Assembly (NCBI GenBank): GCA_041665625.1
Contig: JBAYIK010000004.1
Span: 26,503-90,502, forward strand
DNA length: 64,000 nt
Direction of reading: 5' to 3'
DNA from: Minisyncoccota bacterium
Lineage (GTDB): Bacteria; Patescibacteriota; Minisyncoccia; Phycocordibacterales; XYD1-FULL-46-19
The translations under genes were made by a program, and so were the position numbers. Each line of letters opens with the position of its first letter. Position 1 is the first letter of the stretch. The notes beneath the pieces were generated by a model. The model was not told the origin of the DNA. It saw only the letters and a program-made list of their open reading frames with translations, and made no database searches. Below, piece by piece: positions 9,108-18,201 of the stretch.

Positions 9108-11732
9108 TTATCTTGATACTTTCAAATCTCTAGTACTCCCACCTTTATTATTATTACATTTTATTTTGTATTCTACTGATTGACCTGACGTGATGGTTAT
9201 ATCAATACTCCCCGATCTCTCAAGACTGGCGCCAACTTCCTTAAGGACAGTTGTTCCGTCGCCGGCAACCCATTTATTATTACTGAGACAATTGTCAGCA
9301 TTTGGTGAATACCAGTAAACGCGGGAGACACCCTCACCCATATCTTTTGCCTTGAAGACGACCCAAGGCTTAAGGCTATCTAAGAGGTCACCAAGAGCTC
9401 CTAGAATTAATTGAATGGCCCCATTGCTTTCTGGGTCAGCTCCTCCGTCTTCGCTAAAGAGTCCTTCAACTAATCCTGTCAGGTCTCCCCAACCGGCACC
9501 TCCTTGGCCATAGTCACCTTCGTCTCCTCCATCGCCACCGGAGCTTCCTCCTCCAGGGTTTGTATTTGGGTCACTCCTAGTGTTGGCCCCCTCATCGGCA
9601 ATATTCTCTAGCGGGGTTATCCCTGGGCCAATTGCTCCCCCTCCGCGGGTCGACGGTTTATTAGTGAGGACCTCGGCAATGTCGGGCCCGTTCTCTGGAG
9701 CAACGTCTGGTTTTGATGTGGCGCCTTTATACTGGTCAAGTCGAGAATTAACGGTTGCCCCATGAACTTCTTTTATGATGCTTCCTGGCTGGATAATTTT
9801 CCACTCAGCGCACTCTTTCCCATCAGCTGATTTTACTACGCAAGTTCTGGTTCCGAGAAACCCCTGCCCTTGAAGAGCCTCATCTCTAGCCGATTGAACG
9901 GCTGTATTTTTGCTGATCTCTACTTGGTCAGCAGCAATAAGGTAACTCCCAAAACGGTTGTTCTTGGGCTCAGCGAGCTTCTTGAAGCTGTTCCAAAATT
10001 CATCGGACTTTGCGAGGTCAGATTTGGCAGGTTCTTCTCCGACAGCAAAAACGTTTCTGCCTGTGAGAAATGCCAGAGGTTTGTTGATGTAACTTAATAA
10101 AGTAGAAATAATAGGAATACGGTTATTTGCTAATAACCCGCGGCCCTCCTTCGTAACTGAATCGGTAGAAGCGACAACCGTACTTGATATTGCCGCCGAA
10201 TCTTCTGGGGTCAGATCGGAGTTTATGGATAGGCTATTGTCATTTTTAAGGTTTTCCATTACAACACTCATGTTTGGGTTGGAGCTACTAGCCAGAGTGG
10301 CGTAGACAACCTTCTCGGCTTCTCGGCTTTGTTCCCCCCAGAAGGCCCGGTTATTTTGCACAAAGAGAGGGCTGTCTGTCACCTCTTTCCCTTCTCCGTC
10401 GATCCTTGACCCTCCTTTTTTTATTGCTCCATTTTCTCCATATTCTGCTTCGGCGTACTTCGCAATTTCTGCAGACTTGGTTCGAGAAACAATGGCATCT
10501 TCCACCATCTTTTTTTCAAATCCTTGCTGAATACGTTTGATCGCGCGGAGGTGGGTACAAATTTGAATAGACAAATTCTTAGTTTGCTCTGTGTAGGTCT
10601 CAATCTTCTTAGTCTGCTTTTTAATGGCTTCAGTTTTGTCCATTAGATCGCCTGCTTGCTCTTGTACCGGGACATAAGTCTGGGCAAAGGCGTTGTTGGC
10701 CTTGAATAGCATGGCAAAAATACTAAAAGGTTTTTGCCAATTGAAGGCAACTGGCCCACAAAGCGCTTGGGCGTCGGGATCAGAAGCAATCTTCCCGTCA
10801 ATAATTGAGCCATCGCTATTTCGCATTACGTCAGCATTGTTCTCTGCTCTGCCTCTAACTTGGGTAGCGTACTCACTATTCATTATTTCATCACCGGCGG
10901 CATCCCAACTGGCTTGATCTCCTGTGCGTTGGGCCTCTCGCATATTGCTATACATATCATCAAACCCATCGACACCTTGTCCTCCGGAAGCTCCCATATT
11001 GAAGCTCATGTCAGTGAGAGTCGTTTGTCTCTCGGGGGTTAGATCATCCCAATTTACCCCATGTCTCTCGGCTGAAGCTTGGGCATTGGTGCGGGCGGTG
11101 GCGTAATCGGCATCAAATAATTGATTGGCTTGTTCTCTTGTCACACCATCAGCGACAGGGAAAGGCTCGTTGCCTGTAATTTGGTGGCCATAGCCCACTG
11201 TTTGGTGCCCTCTGTCGTTGTAAGGATCAGCGGAGAATCCTTCGTTCGCGACAGTGTAGGCTGGGCCATTACCATTTTCACCAGAACAGGCCGGAGGAGG
11301 AGGGTCAGGGATACCGTCTCCATCAGAATCTACTGGAGGTTTATCAGGGTCATAGGCGTCATCTTGCCTAGGTTTTGACCCCCCAGCACCAGTGCCTCCC
11401 ACTTCAGTATTCACAGATTCTTCACCTTTTTTGCAGACCTTGATATCTTCTTCCTCTTGGGCCTTCTTTAATCTCTCGGCTTCAAGCTTCGTCTGAGCAT
11501 CATCCTTCTTTTGTCTCTCAGCGACGGGATCGGTTTGTTCGCCGTCAGTTGGAGCGCCTGTCCCGTCAAGAGGAAAAGCCTCAGGGAAGGCATCTTCCAC
11601 TGGGTTCGTGTCTAGCGGGAGATCTAGAAGTTGAGCCGAAGCACCTCCAGGGAGAAAGGAAAATGGCAAAATCAGCAAAAAAGCGAGCGAGAGTATGCTT
11701 AAAAGTTTTTTTGCTGTGAGTTGGTCTTTCAT
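9108..11732 (-). CDS. Secreted T4SS-locus protein containing a T4-lysozyme-like (GH24) muramidase domain
   Basis: Signal peptide; NEGFSADPYNDRGHQTVGYGH (E...D...T), MSFNMG, W.AA..E.MNS.YA.QV..RA motifs at ~10820-11260. Confidence 0.75.
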   Translation of the reverse strand: MKDQLTAKKLLSILSLAFLLILPFSFLPGGASAQLLDLPLDTNPVEDAFPEAFPLDGTGAPTDGEQTDPVAERQKKDDAQTKLEAERLKKAQEEEDIKVCKKGEESVNTEVGGTGAGGSKPRQDDAYDPDKPPVDSDGDGIPDPPPPACSGENGNGPAYTVANEGFSADPYNDRGHQTVGYGHQITGNEPFPVADGVTREQANQLFDADYATARTNAQASAERHGVNWDDLTPERQTTLTDMSFNMGASGGQGVDGFDDMYSNMREAQRTGDQASWDAAGDEIMNSEYATQVRGRAENNADVMRNSDGSIIDGKIASDPDAQALCGPVAFNWQKPFSIFAMLFKANNAFAQTYVPVQEQAGDLMDKTEAIKKQTKKIETYTEQTKNLSIQICTHLRAIKRIQQGFEKKMVEDAIVSRTKSAEIAKYAEAEYGENGAIKKGGSRIDGEGKEVTDSPLFVQNNRAFWGEQSREAEKVVYATLASSSNPNMSVVMENLKNDNSLSINSDLTPEDSAAISSTVVASTDSVTKEGRGLLANNRIPIISTLLSYINKPLAFLTGRNVFAVGEEPAKSDLAKSDEFWNSFKKLAEPKNNRFGSYLIAADQVEISKNTAVQSARDEALQGQGFLGTRTCVVKSADGKECAEWKIIQPGSIIKEVHGATVNSRLDQYKGATSKPDVAPENGPDIAEVLTNKPSTRGGGAIGPGITPLENIADEGANTRSDPNTNPGGGSSGGDGGDEGDYGQGGAGWGDLTGLVEGLFSEDGGADPESNGAIQLILGALGDLLDSLKPWVVFKAKDMGEGVSRVYWYSPNADNCLSNNKWVAGDGTTVLKEVGASLERSGSIDITITSGQSVEYKIKCNNNKGGSTRDLKVSR

Positions 11733-11733
11733 T

Positions 11734-12486
11734 TTACTGGGTATAACTAATGAAAACGTTTATTTGATCTTTAGGGTTCAATGTAAGGCCTTTGTCAGAA
11801 ATATATTGATTTAGGTCACCAAGAGATTTAAGGAATACCTCATAGGTAGTCATAAAAGATTTGCTGTTCACGAGGGCCGATTGTGGTTGGTCTGTCGCCG
11901 TCTCCATGTCACGGAGTATGCTAACTAGGAAATTGATGTCGCCAATGATCTTCTTGTGTTGGGCGGAAAGCTCCTTGGGGACAATAACTTGGGCAAGGTT
12001 TTTAGAAGCTGCTTGATGATAAATTCTTGATTCAACTACGGGGCGAAGTAAGGAAGCATCATTTTTATCTATGGCGAAAATTACGGCTTGGGGCTCATTT
12101 CCTCTCTTGATGTTTAGCGGTTTAAGGGCTGAGATGACGGCTAGATTATAAGCTTGAAGTTGGGCTGTCAGGGTGGCTGTTGAAGTTGAGATGATTAGGT
12201 TGGGCGTTTTTTCTATTAGAGTCTTCGTTTTCTCATCGTTCTGAAGTCCCTTTATAGCAACCGCTTCAATATTCTTTTGTTTAGCGAGAAACTCTTCGGT
12301 ATAGCGAGCTAATTTAGCTTCTTTTTCTTGACGTGCGCGATAGCCGGTATACCACAAAATACTAATGGTAATTACCACTAGGACAATTACTAGCCATATT
12401 ACTCTTTTGCTTGGTAGCTTACTCAATTGTGCTTTAATTATACTACTTAATCTTACTTTTATGCACGTTAAATAGTGGATAAACAA
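11734..12486 (-). CDS. Single-TM hypothetical protein
   Basis: 250-aa ORF, N-terminal TM, first gene of the minus-strand operon; start uncertain. Confidence 0.6.
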   Translation of the reverse strand: MFIHYLTCIKVRLSSIIKAQLSKLPSKRVIWLVIVLVVITISILWYTGYRARQEKEAKLARYTEEFLAKQKNIEAVAIKGLQNDEKTKTLIEKTPNLIISTSTATLTAQLQAYNLAVISALKPLNIKRGNEPQAVIFAIDKNDASLLRPVVESRIYHQAASKNLAQVIVPKELSAQHKKIIGDINFLVSILRDMETATDQPQSALVNSKSFMTTYEVFLKSLGDLNQYISDKGLTLNPKDQINVFISYTQ

Positions 12487-12521
12487 CTGATTTTGGTTTA
12501 TTATTAATTTGGTTTTACTTT

Positions 12522-13310
12522 ATGTTTAAAAAATACTCTAAATTAAATTTTTCTCTTGCTGTTTTGGTCATAATTTTAGGATCACTTCCCTTGTCTGTCC
12601 GTGCTGCTGGAACAACTAAAGTCTTGAATATTGGATCTCAGGGGGCAGTGGTCCAAACTCTTCAAGTCGTCTTAAATCTTGATCCAGCAACCAAGGTAAG
12701 TTTGGTTGGGGCGGGGGCTCCTGGCCAAGAGACAAGCTATTTTGGGGAAAAAACCCGTTCGGCTGTTATTAAATTCCAGAAGAAATACCATATTACTGGG
12801 GAAAATGGCCAAATTGGCCCCAAAACTCTTCAGCTAATCAATTATTTGGGCCCCAAAATGGTTCTGGCCAAAAAGAAGAAGATTGAGCTTGTCCCCACTG
12901 ATTGGCCAGAGCCTGGTATTACCGATACGGCTATTCCTGCCACAAAAAGTCACACTTCCCAGCCATCCACGGCTAAAAAGGCTGTTGCCGTAAAGAAAAT
13001 TGCTCCTAAATTATTGTCTCTCTCGCCTCAAACTGTGATTAGCGGTAGCAATGTGACCCTTCGAGGTGAAGGTTTTACTAAGACAGGCAACACTGTTGTG
13101 ACCAAGTTCGAGTCGGTAGCGAATGTCCCCTCAACTGACGGCCAGACTTTAAGTTTCCGTTTTTCTATCCCTCTGAGTGATAAAGTTTTGAATATTATAA
13201 ACTCCCTCCCCCAGGCGGCAGTGCCCTCTCTCTCTGTTCCTATATCTGTTTATGTCACAAATGCTAATGGAAAGAGTGGAGAACTTACTTTTAACTATCA
13301 AATAAGATAA
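12522..13310 (+). CDS. Secreted peptidoglycan-binding domain protein with IPT/TIG-like C-terminus
   Basis: L.IGS.G..V..LQ..LN...GAG.PGQET.YFG.KT..AV.KFQ; C-terminal SLSP...G..VTL.G.GF. Confidence 0.75.
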   Translation: MFKKYSKLNFSLAVLVIILGSLPLSVRAAGTTKVLNIGSQGAVVQTLQVVLNLDPATKVSLVGAGAPGQETSYFGEKTRSAVIKFQKKYHITGENGQIGPKTLQLINYLGPKMVLAKKKKIELVPTDWPEPGITDTAIPATKSHTSQPSTAKKAVAVKKIAPKLLSLSPQTVISGSNVTLRGEGFTKTGNTVVTKFESVANVPSTDGQTLSFRFSIPLSDKVLNIINSLPQAAVPSLSVPISVYVTNANGKSGELTFNYQIR

Positions 13311-13314
13311 AGAA

Positions 13315-14262
13315 ATGAAGCTTCTCACCCAGATAACTGTTTTATTACTTATTATAAGTTCTTTTTCGTTTCTACCTATGAAAGAAGCTCAGGCGACGGC
13401 CGGCCAGACTCCTTTTGGTGGCTTTTCTCTCTTTGTTGTTGTCTGTACCGCTTCGGGGGGAAATCTATTGGTTATTCATAGTGCCGTGGCGGGCCCTCCG
13501 GACGTTATTTTTAATTATGCATCAAGCCGGCTCTATCCCTATGGCAATATAAGAAATTCGGGGAATTGGCTCCTTGGTAATTTATCGGGGGAACAAGAGT
13601 GTGCCATTTGGGTTGGCCCTTATCGGGTTAGTCTTGGAACTCATCCCCTTATTTCTCTTGTCGGGACATCTGATCCTGGTCATGTTGCTAGGTCTGGTTC
13701 TTCTGGTGAAGGTGATGAGGGGGATGAGCCTGCTCCTCCTGATGACCAAGAACTTCCTCCCGAGGAAGAGGTACCTCCTCCGACAACTCCCGCTGGGGCC
13801 TGCGGTGAAACTCCGGCCGAGAACGGACAAACCGAGGACGAAACACGGTCAGACTTGGCTGCCAGTGGGGTCCAGGTTGATCCAGCTCTTTCTAAAACTT
13901 TGTCTCCCGTTGGCAAGCTCCCCAATAATGCCATCTCTGGCATGAAGGACCTGAAGCAAGATTGTGGACCTAATTGTAAAGTTCTTGTAACGAGTGGTGC
14001 CAGACAACCAGGAAACCCTACTCCCCCAGGAGCTCATGGTACGGGTAAGCCAGTTTTTGATCTGAATAAGGATAAAGGGGCTGGTGGTTTAGATGAATAT
14101 ATTAAGAACAACTCATCGCGTAATTATTATGATAATTTAGGTACTCACTATGTGATGCCTAATGGCGATGAATATCTAGATGAGAATTATGGTGCTACCG
14201 GGGGGACCGGTGCCCACTGGCATGTTCGTATCAATGCTAATCATTGTCCCCCTACCGCTTAA
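13315..14262 (+). CDS. Secreted protein with C-terminal M15-like (Hedgehog/DD-peptidase fold) Zn-peptidase domain
   Basis: Signal peptide; VTSGAR, H-x7-D (HGTGKPVFD) and HWH zinc-ligand pattern. Confidence 0.6.
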   Translation: MKLLTQITVLLLIISSFSFLPMKEAQATAGQTPFGGFSLFVVVCTASGGNLLVIHSAVAGPPDVIFNYASSRLYPYGNIRNSGNWLLGNLSGEQECAIWVGPYRVSLGTHPLISLVGTSDPGHVARSGSSGEGDEGDEPAPPDDQELPPEEEVPPPTTPAGACGETPAENGQTEDETRSDLAASGVQVDPALSKTLSPVGKLPNNAISGMKDLKQDCGPNCKVLVTSGARQPGNPTPPGAHGTGKPVFDLNKDKGAGGLDEYIKNNSSRNYYDNLGTHYVMPNGDEYLDENYGATGGTGAHWHVRINANHCPPTA

Positions 14263-14678
14263 ATTATTCCCGTGTTGACTTCCAGCGCATAACTAGTGCT
14301 CGTTGGAGAATAAAAAACTTGAGGGTAAGAACTTGGCGAAAGATTCTTGGTCACACCAAGAATCTTTTTGTTTTTATCTAACCAAATGATGTCGATAGGG
14401 AAATTCATTTCTTTCATCCAGAAACTATAGACCCCGGGTTTGTCAAAAACAAAGAGAAGGCCAGTGCTGGTGGCCAAACTCGCTCTTCCGGAGAGACCCT
14501 TATCCATTTTCTCCTTGGTGTCGGCGATCTCGAGATCAAATGCTTTGTTATTTATAGTTATTTTTTCCTCAGGAATTTTTTCTTGGAAAAGATTATAAAT
14601 CCGATCGCTATTGATAACGATCAAAATCAAAATAATTATTAAAACTAAAGTTAGTTTTTTATTTTTTGACTGAGGCAT
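14259..14678 (-). CDS. DUF192 family protein
   Basis: EIADT....KGLSGR..L....GLLFVF......FWMKEM.FPIDIIW...YALE; probable start at 14678. Confidence 0.85.
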   Translation of the reverse strand: MPQSKNKKLTLVLIIILILIVINSDRIYNLFQEKIPEEKITINNKAFDLEIADTKEKMDKGLSGRASLATSTGLLFVFDKPGVYSFWMKEMNFPIDIIWLDKNKKILGVTKNLSPSSYPQVFYSPTSTSYALEVNTGII

Positions 14679-15457
14679 TGCCAGTTTTCTAGATTTAGGT
14701 CCTCGGCACGAGCTTTGGGTGTGAGCTGACAAGAAATTAAAACTTCCTCCCCTACTCCCAGATTACCCCGTAAGAGCTTTCTCTTTTGGGAAAAACCTTT
14801 TTTAAGCAGTTCAAAAAAATCTTCTTCTTTTATTTTTTCTTCAGCCTCTTTTTTGGGTAAAAAGAAATCACGAGAGATATTTTTTATTTGTAAGATTGCT
14901 GAGTCAACATTTGGTTTAGGTTCGAAGGCTCCGGCCGGCACGGTCTTAATATATTTTGGTTCGCCATAAACCTTGACTGAGATAGAAAGAATGCTTTCCT
15001 TTTTGTCACTGGCGACAATTCTTCTCGCTACCTCCTTTTGCACCATTAAGACCATCAGACTTGGTTGGAGCTCTTCTTCGCTTAAAAATTTTCTGATAAC
15101 TTGCCCGGTAATGTAATAAGGAATATTGGCGATGAGCTTATAAGGGGCGCCAATGACTTTCCAAGTTTCAGAAAAATTAAGTTTGAGAACATCGTCGTGA
15201 ATTAAAGTTAGGGATCCGTCATTGATTTGATCGATAAATTTTTCTTGCAAGAATTCAATCAGGCGGTCATCTTTCTCTATGGCCATAACTTTGCAGCCTC
15301 CGATTAGCAATTCTTTAGTTAAGGCTCCTTGTCCAGGGCCAATCTCTAAGACCCAGTCTCCTGGTTGGAGCTCTCCTGCTCTTATAATGTCTAAGAGGGC
15401 GCTCTTGGACTTGAGCCAATTTTGGCCCAGTGACTTTTTTGCCTTGATGTTATCCAT
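14651..15457 (-). CDS. rsmA: 16S rRNA m6,2A dimethyltransferase
   Basis: KKSLGQNW, VLEIGPG.G.LT, IANIPYYIT, MVQKEVA, P.P.VDSA. Confidence 0.95.
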   Translation of the reverse strand: MDNIKAKKSLGQNWLKSKSALLDIIRAGELQPGDWVLEIGPGQGALTKELLIGGCKVMAIEKDDRLIEFLQEKFIDQINDGSLTLIHDDVLKLNFSETWKVIGAPYKLIANIPYYITGQVIRKFLSEEELQPSLMVLMVQKEVARRIVASDKKESILSISVKVYGEPKYIKTVPAGAFEPKPNVDSAILQIKNISRDFFLPKKEAEEKIKEEDFFELLKKGFSQKRKLLRGNLGVGEEVLISCQLTPKARAEDLNLENWQCLSQKIKN

Positions 15458-15495
15458 GCCTTTAATTATGCCTTAAATCAAGGGTTTTTGGCACC

Positions 15496-15524
15496 TTGAC
15501 AAGATTGGATAAAAGGTGTATAAT
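15496..15524 (+). promoter_or_regulatory. Consensus sigma70 promoter
   Basis: TTGACA-17 nt-TATAAT, perfect consensus. Confidence 0.8.
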
Positions 15525-15592
15525 AGAATTAGAAGAGTTGTAGAGGGTTGTCAATCGAATCACCGAACTGCGCTTTGCGCGGGAGAAGAATC

Positions 15593-15721
15593 ATGAAGAC
15601 GAAAAAGAAAGGCTTTTCATTCGCATTTGAGTACCTTGTGATGGGGGGAGCCATCCTCTTCATCGGCGCCGTCCTCTTTGGGGCGGCTTTCATCGGCTTC
15701 TGCTTCCTTCCCCCGTCGTGA
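15593..15721 (+). CDS. 42-aa hydrophobic small protein (MKTKKKGFSFAFEYLVMGGAILFIGAVLFGAAFIGFCFLPPS)
   Basis: Own perfect promoter, GGGAG SD at 15581-15585, downstream hairpin; below ORF-track cutoff. Confidence 0.6.
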   Translation: MKTKKKGFSFAFEYLVMGGAILFIGAVLFGAAFIGFCFLPPS

Positions 15722-15744
15722 CCCCGTTCTCGTTGCCACCCGGC

Positions 15745-15798
15745 GACACAAACACTCGGCTATCGAGGTTTAGTCGTCGGGTGTTTTGTTTGTGTTTT
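15745..15798. terminator. Hairpin between small ORF and pcrA
   Basis: ACACAAACACTCGGC...GTCGGGTGTTTTGTTTGTGT imperfect inverted repeat between convergent genes. Confidence 0.5.
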
Positions 15799-15829
15799 GC
15801 GAAATCCAATTTCGCAAAATAAGGGTATT

Positions 15830-17719
15830 TTAGATAATCGTCCAGAGACCGGACTCGGTCTCAATGAGATTCTCATCAATGTCGAAGATGAACTCAGAGG
15901 GCATATTAACGCGACGTTGGCCGAAGACTTGGCGGGTTTGGGCATAAGATAAGTAGAGTTTATGACGAGCGCGGGTAACGGCAACATAGAAAAGACGCCT
16001 CTCTTCCTCGGTGTCACGTTTGCCATCTCCCATCCCCGCATGAGGGAAGAGGTCTTGCTCGAGACCCGTAATAAAAACATAATCAAACTCCAGCCCTTTG
16101 GCGGCGTGCACTGTCATTAATTTAATTCCGGACTTAGGCTGATCAAGTTCGTCTTGATCGCTGGCGAGTGCAATCTCCGTCATCATGGCCTCTATTGCCT
16201 CTTCTGGTGGTAGAGCGTCATATTTGGTGGCGACGTTAACTAATTCTTTTATGTTCTCAAGTCTTTCTTGCCCATCTTCACCATCTTCTTTAAGACTTTT
16301 TTCTAGGCCTGTTTTATCAAGAATGAATTTTATTAATTCAGATGGTTTATTTTGAATCGCAAAATCACTAACTTCGCCTAAAATTTTTTTGAATTGCGAA
16401 ATCTTTAGCTTCATCCCCGCTGGGAGTTCTTCGAACTGTCCGGCGGCCAATTTCATTAAGGTTGTTTTGCCGATCCCTCTTGGGGGAACATTAATGACAC
16501 GCTTCATATTTTCCCAATCCTCTGGATTAAGCGCCGCGCGAACGAAGGCGACTATGTCTTTAATTTCCTTACGGTCGAAGAATCGAGTGCCCAGAACTTG
16601 ATAGGGCACGTCGACTTGAAGGCAGGCCTCTTCGAGAACACGAGATTGAAAATTCGCGCGGTAAAGAACGGCGATCTCGTTGGGGGTGACACCGCTATTT
16701 ATTAATTCCTTAGCTTTTTGGGCCATGAAGCTCGCTTCATCTCCTTCTTCCATACCAGTATAGAGACCAATCTGTGCACCCTCTTTGTTCTTGGTAAAGA
16801 GCTTTTTCTCGTGACGCTGTTTATTTTTCTCAATTACTTGGTTGGCAGCGCTAAGGATTGTCTGAGTGGAACGATAATTCTCCTCTAAGAGTACCATTTT
16901 GGATCCTTTATAATCTTTTTCGAAGCGCATTAAGTTGGTAAAGTCGGCACCCCGCCAGCCATAGATGGATTGATCCATATCGCCCACGACGCAGATATTC
17001 TTATATTTCTCAGCCAGTAGGTTAGTTAATTCATATTGTACAACATTGGTATCCTGATATTCGTCGATATGAATATACTTGAAGCGGTCTTGGTAAGAAG
17101 CGAGAATGTCAGGGTTCGTTTTGAATAGCTCAACTGTTTTTAAGAGTAAGTCATCGAAGTCAAGAGCTTTATTTGTTTTGAGTAGCTCATCATATCTTGT
17201 CCAAATTTGGCTAATTATTTTGCCATAGATGTTGGTTGATTGAGTAGCCGCAAATTCTTTGGCATTAACATTGTCCCCTTTTTGCTTAGAGATGGCATTC
17301 AAGACTTTCTTAGGCTCGAAACGCTTCTCGTCGATGCTCATGGCCCGCATGGCTTCTTTAACTTTTGCCACGGATTCGTCACGGTCAAAGATTGAGAAGT
17401 GAGGAGAAAGACCAAGTCTGGCTCCACTGTGGCGCAAGACATAGACACCAAAAGAGTGGAAGGTGGTGAGCATTGGTGCCCCCTTCTTGTCCCCGTCTAA
17501 TAATTTTTCCACTCTTTCGCGCATTTCCCGAGCGGCCTTATTGGTAAAGGTGATCGCCAAGATATTCTCAGGGGCAATGCCTGATTTTATGAGGTGCAAG
17601 ATGCGGTAAGCGATGGTTCTGGTCTTCCCTGCTCCGGCCCCAGCAATCACTAATAAGGGCCCTTCTTGGTATTCCACCGCTTCTCTTTGTGGGGCGTTTA
17701 ATTGATTTAGATAATTCAT
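15830..17719 (-). CDS. pcrA: UvrD/PcrA DNA helicase
   Basis: LVIAGAGAGKT, ITFTNKAAREM, IDEYQDTN, VGD.DQSIYGWRGA, NYRS, TVHAAKGLEF, EERRLFYVA.TRA. Confidence 0.95.
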   Translation of the reverse strand: MNYLNQLNAPQREAVEYQEGPLLVIAGAGAGKTRTIAYRILHLIKSGIAPENILAITFTNKAAREMRERVEKLLDGDKKGAPMLTTFHSFGVYVLRHSGARLGLSPHFSIFDRDESVAKVKEAMRAMSIDEKRFEPKKVLNAISKQKGDNVNAKEFAATQSTNIYGKIISQIWTRYDELLKTNKALDFDDLLLKTVELFKTNPDILASYQDRFKYIHIDEYQDTNVVQYELTNLLAEKYKNICVVGDMDQSIYGWRGADFTNLMRFEKDYKGSKMVLLEENYRSTQTILSAANQVIEKNKQRHEKKLFTKNKEGAQIGLYTGMEEGDEASFMAQKAKELINSGVTPNEIAVLYRANFQSRVLEEACLQVDVPYQVLGTRFFDRKEIKDIVAFVRAALNPEDWENMKRVINVPPRGIGKTTLMKLAAGQFEELPAGMKLKISQFKKILGEVSDFAIQNKPSELIKFILDKTGLEKSLKEDGEDGQERLENIKELVNVATKYDALPPEEAIEAMMTEIALASDQDELDQPKSGIKLMTVHAAKGLEFDYVFITGLEQDLFPHAGMGDGKRDTEEERRLFYVAVTRARHKLYLSYAQTRQVFGQRRVNMPSEFIFDIDENLIETESGLWTII

Positions 17720-17781
17720 ATTTTTTATAGACTGTTAAACTATAACATACTATAATTGAGGATATAAATAATAACTTTAAT

Positions 17782-18201
17782 ATGAATAATCTTGAACTAG
17801 AAATTGCTCAATTGCAGCAGAAGATCGAAGAGAAAAAGAACCAACTCGAACAGCAGGGTGGCATTGTCGAAGAGAAGGAACTCGTGGGAAGTGCTTTGCG
17901 TGAGATTTTTACTGGTGCTAGCGCTCCAAGTGGGGCTAGTTTGCCAGCTACTTCGGCGGCCGTTACTGCTAAAGCGAGCACTGTAACCGACGATAAGAGC
18001 ATTAGTTACCTTGATAATATTGATGACCAGACAGCTGAGACTATCAGTCTTATTATCCAGAAGCTCCCCGAGACCGGCATTGCTAAAGCGGTCTCTGAAG
18101 CTGAATTGGCTGGGCCATTTCTCGTTGATGTCCTCCATGATGCTCTCGTTGATCGTATGTATGACGAATTAGTTCAAAGAGGTTTTATTAAAACAAAATA
18201 A
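17782..18201 (+). CDS. Conserved hypothetical protein upstream of coupling protein
   Basis: C-terminal GI.KAV..A....P.L.D..HDAL.D..Y..L pattern; stop overlaps next start. Confidence 0.7.
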   Translation: MNNLELEIAQLQQKIEEKKNQLEQQGGIVEEKELVGSALREIFTGASAPSGASLPATSAAVTAKASTVTDDKSISYLDNIDDQTAETISLIIQKLPETGIAKAVSEAELAGPFLVDVLHDALVDRMYDELVQRGFIKTK

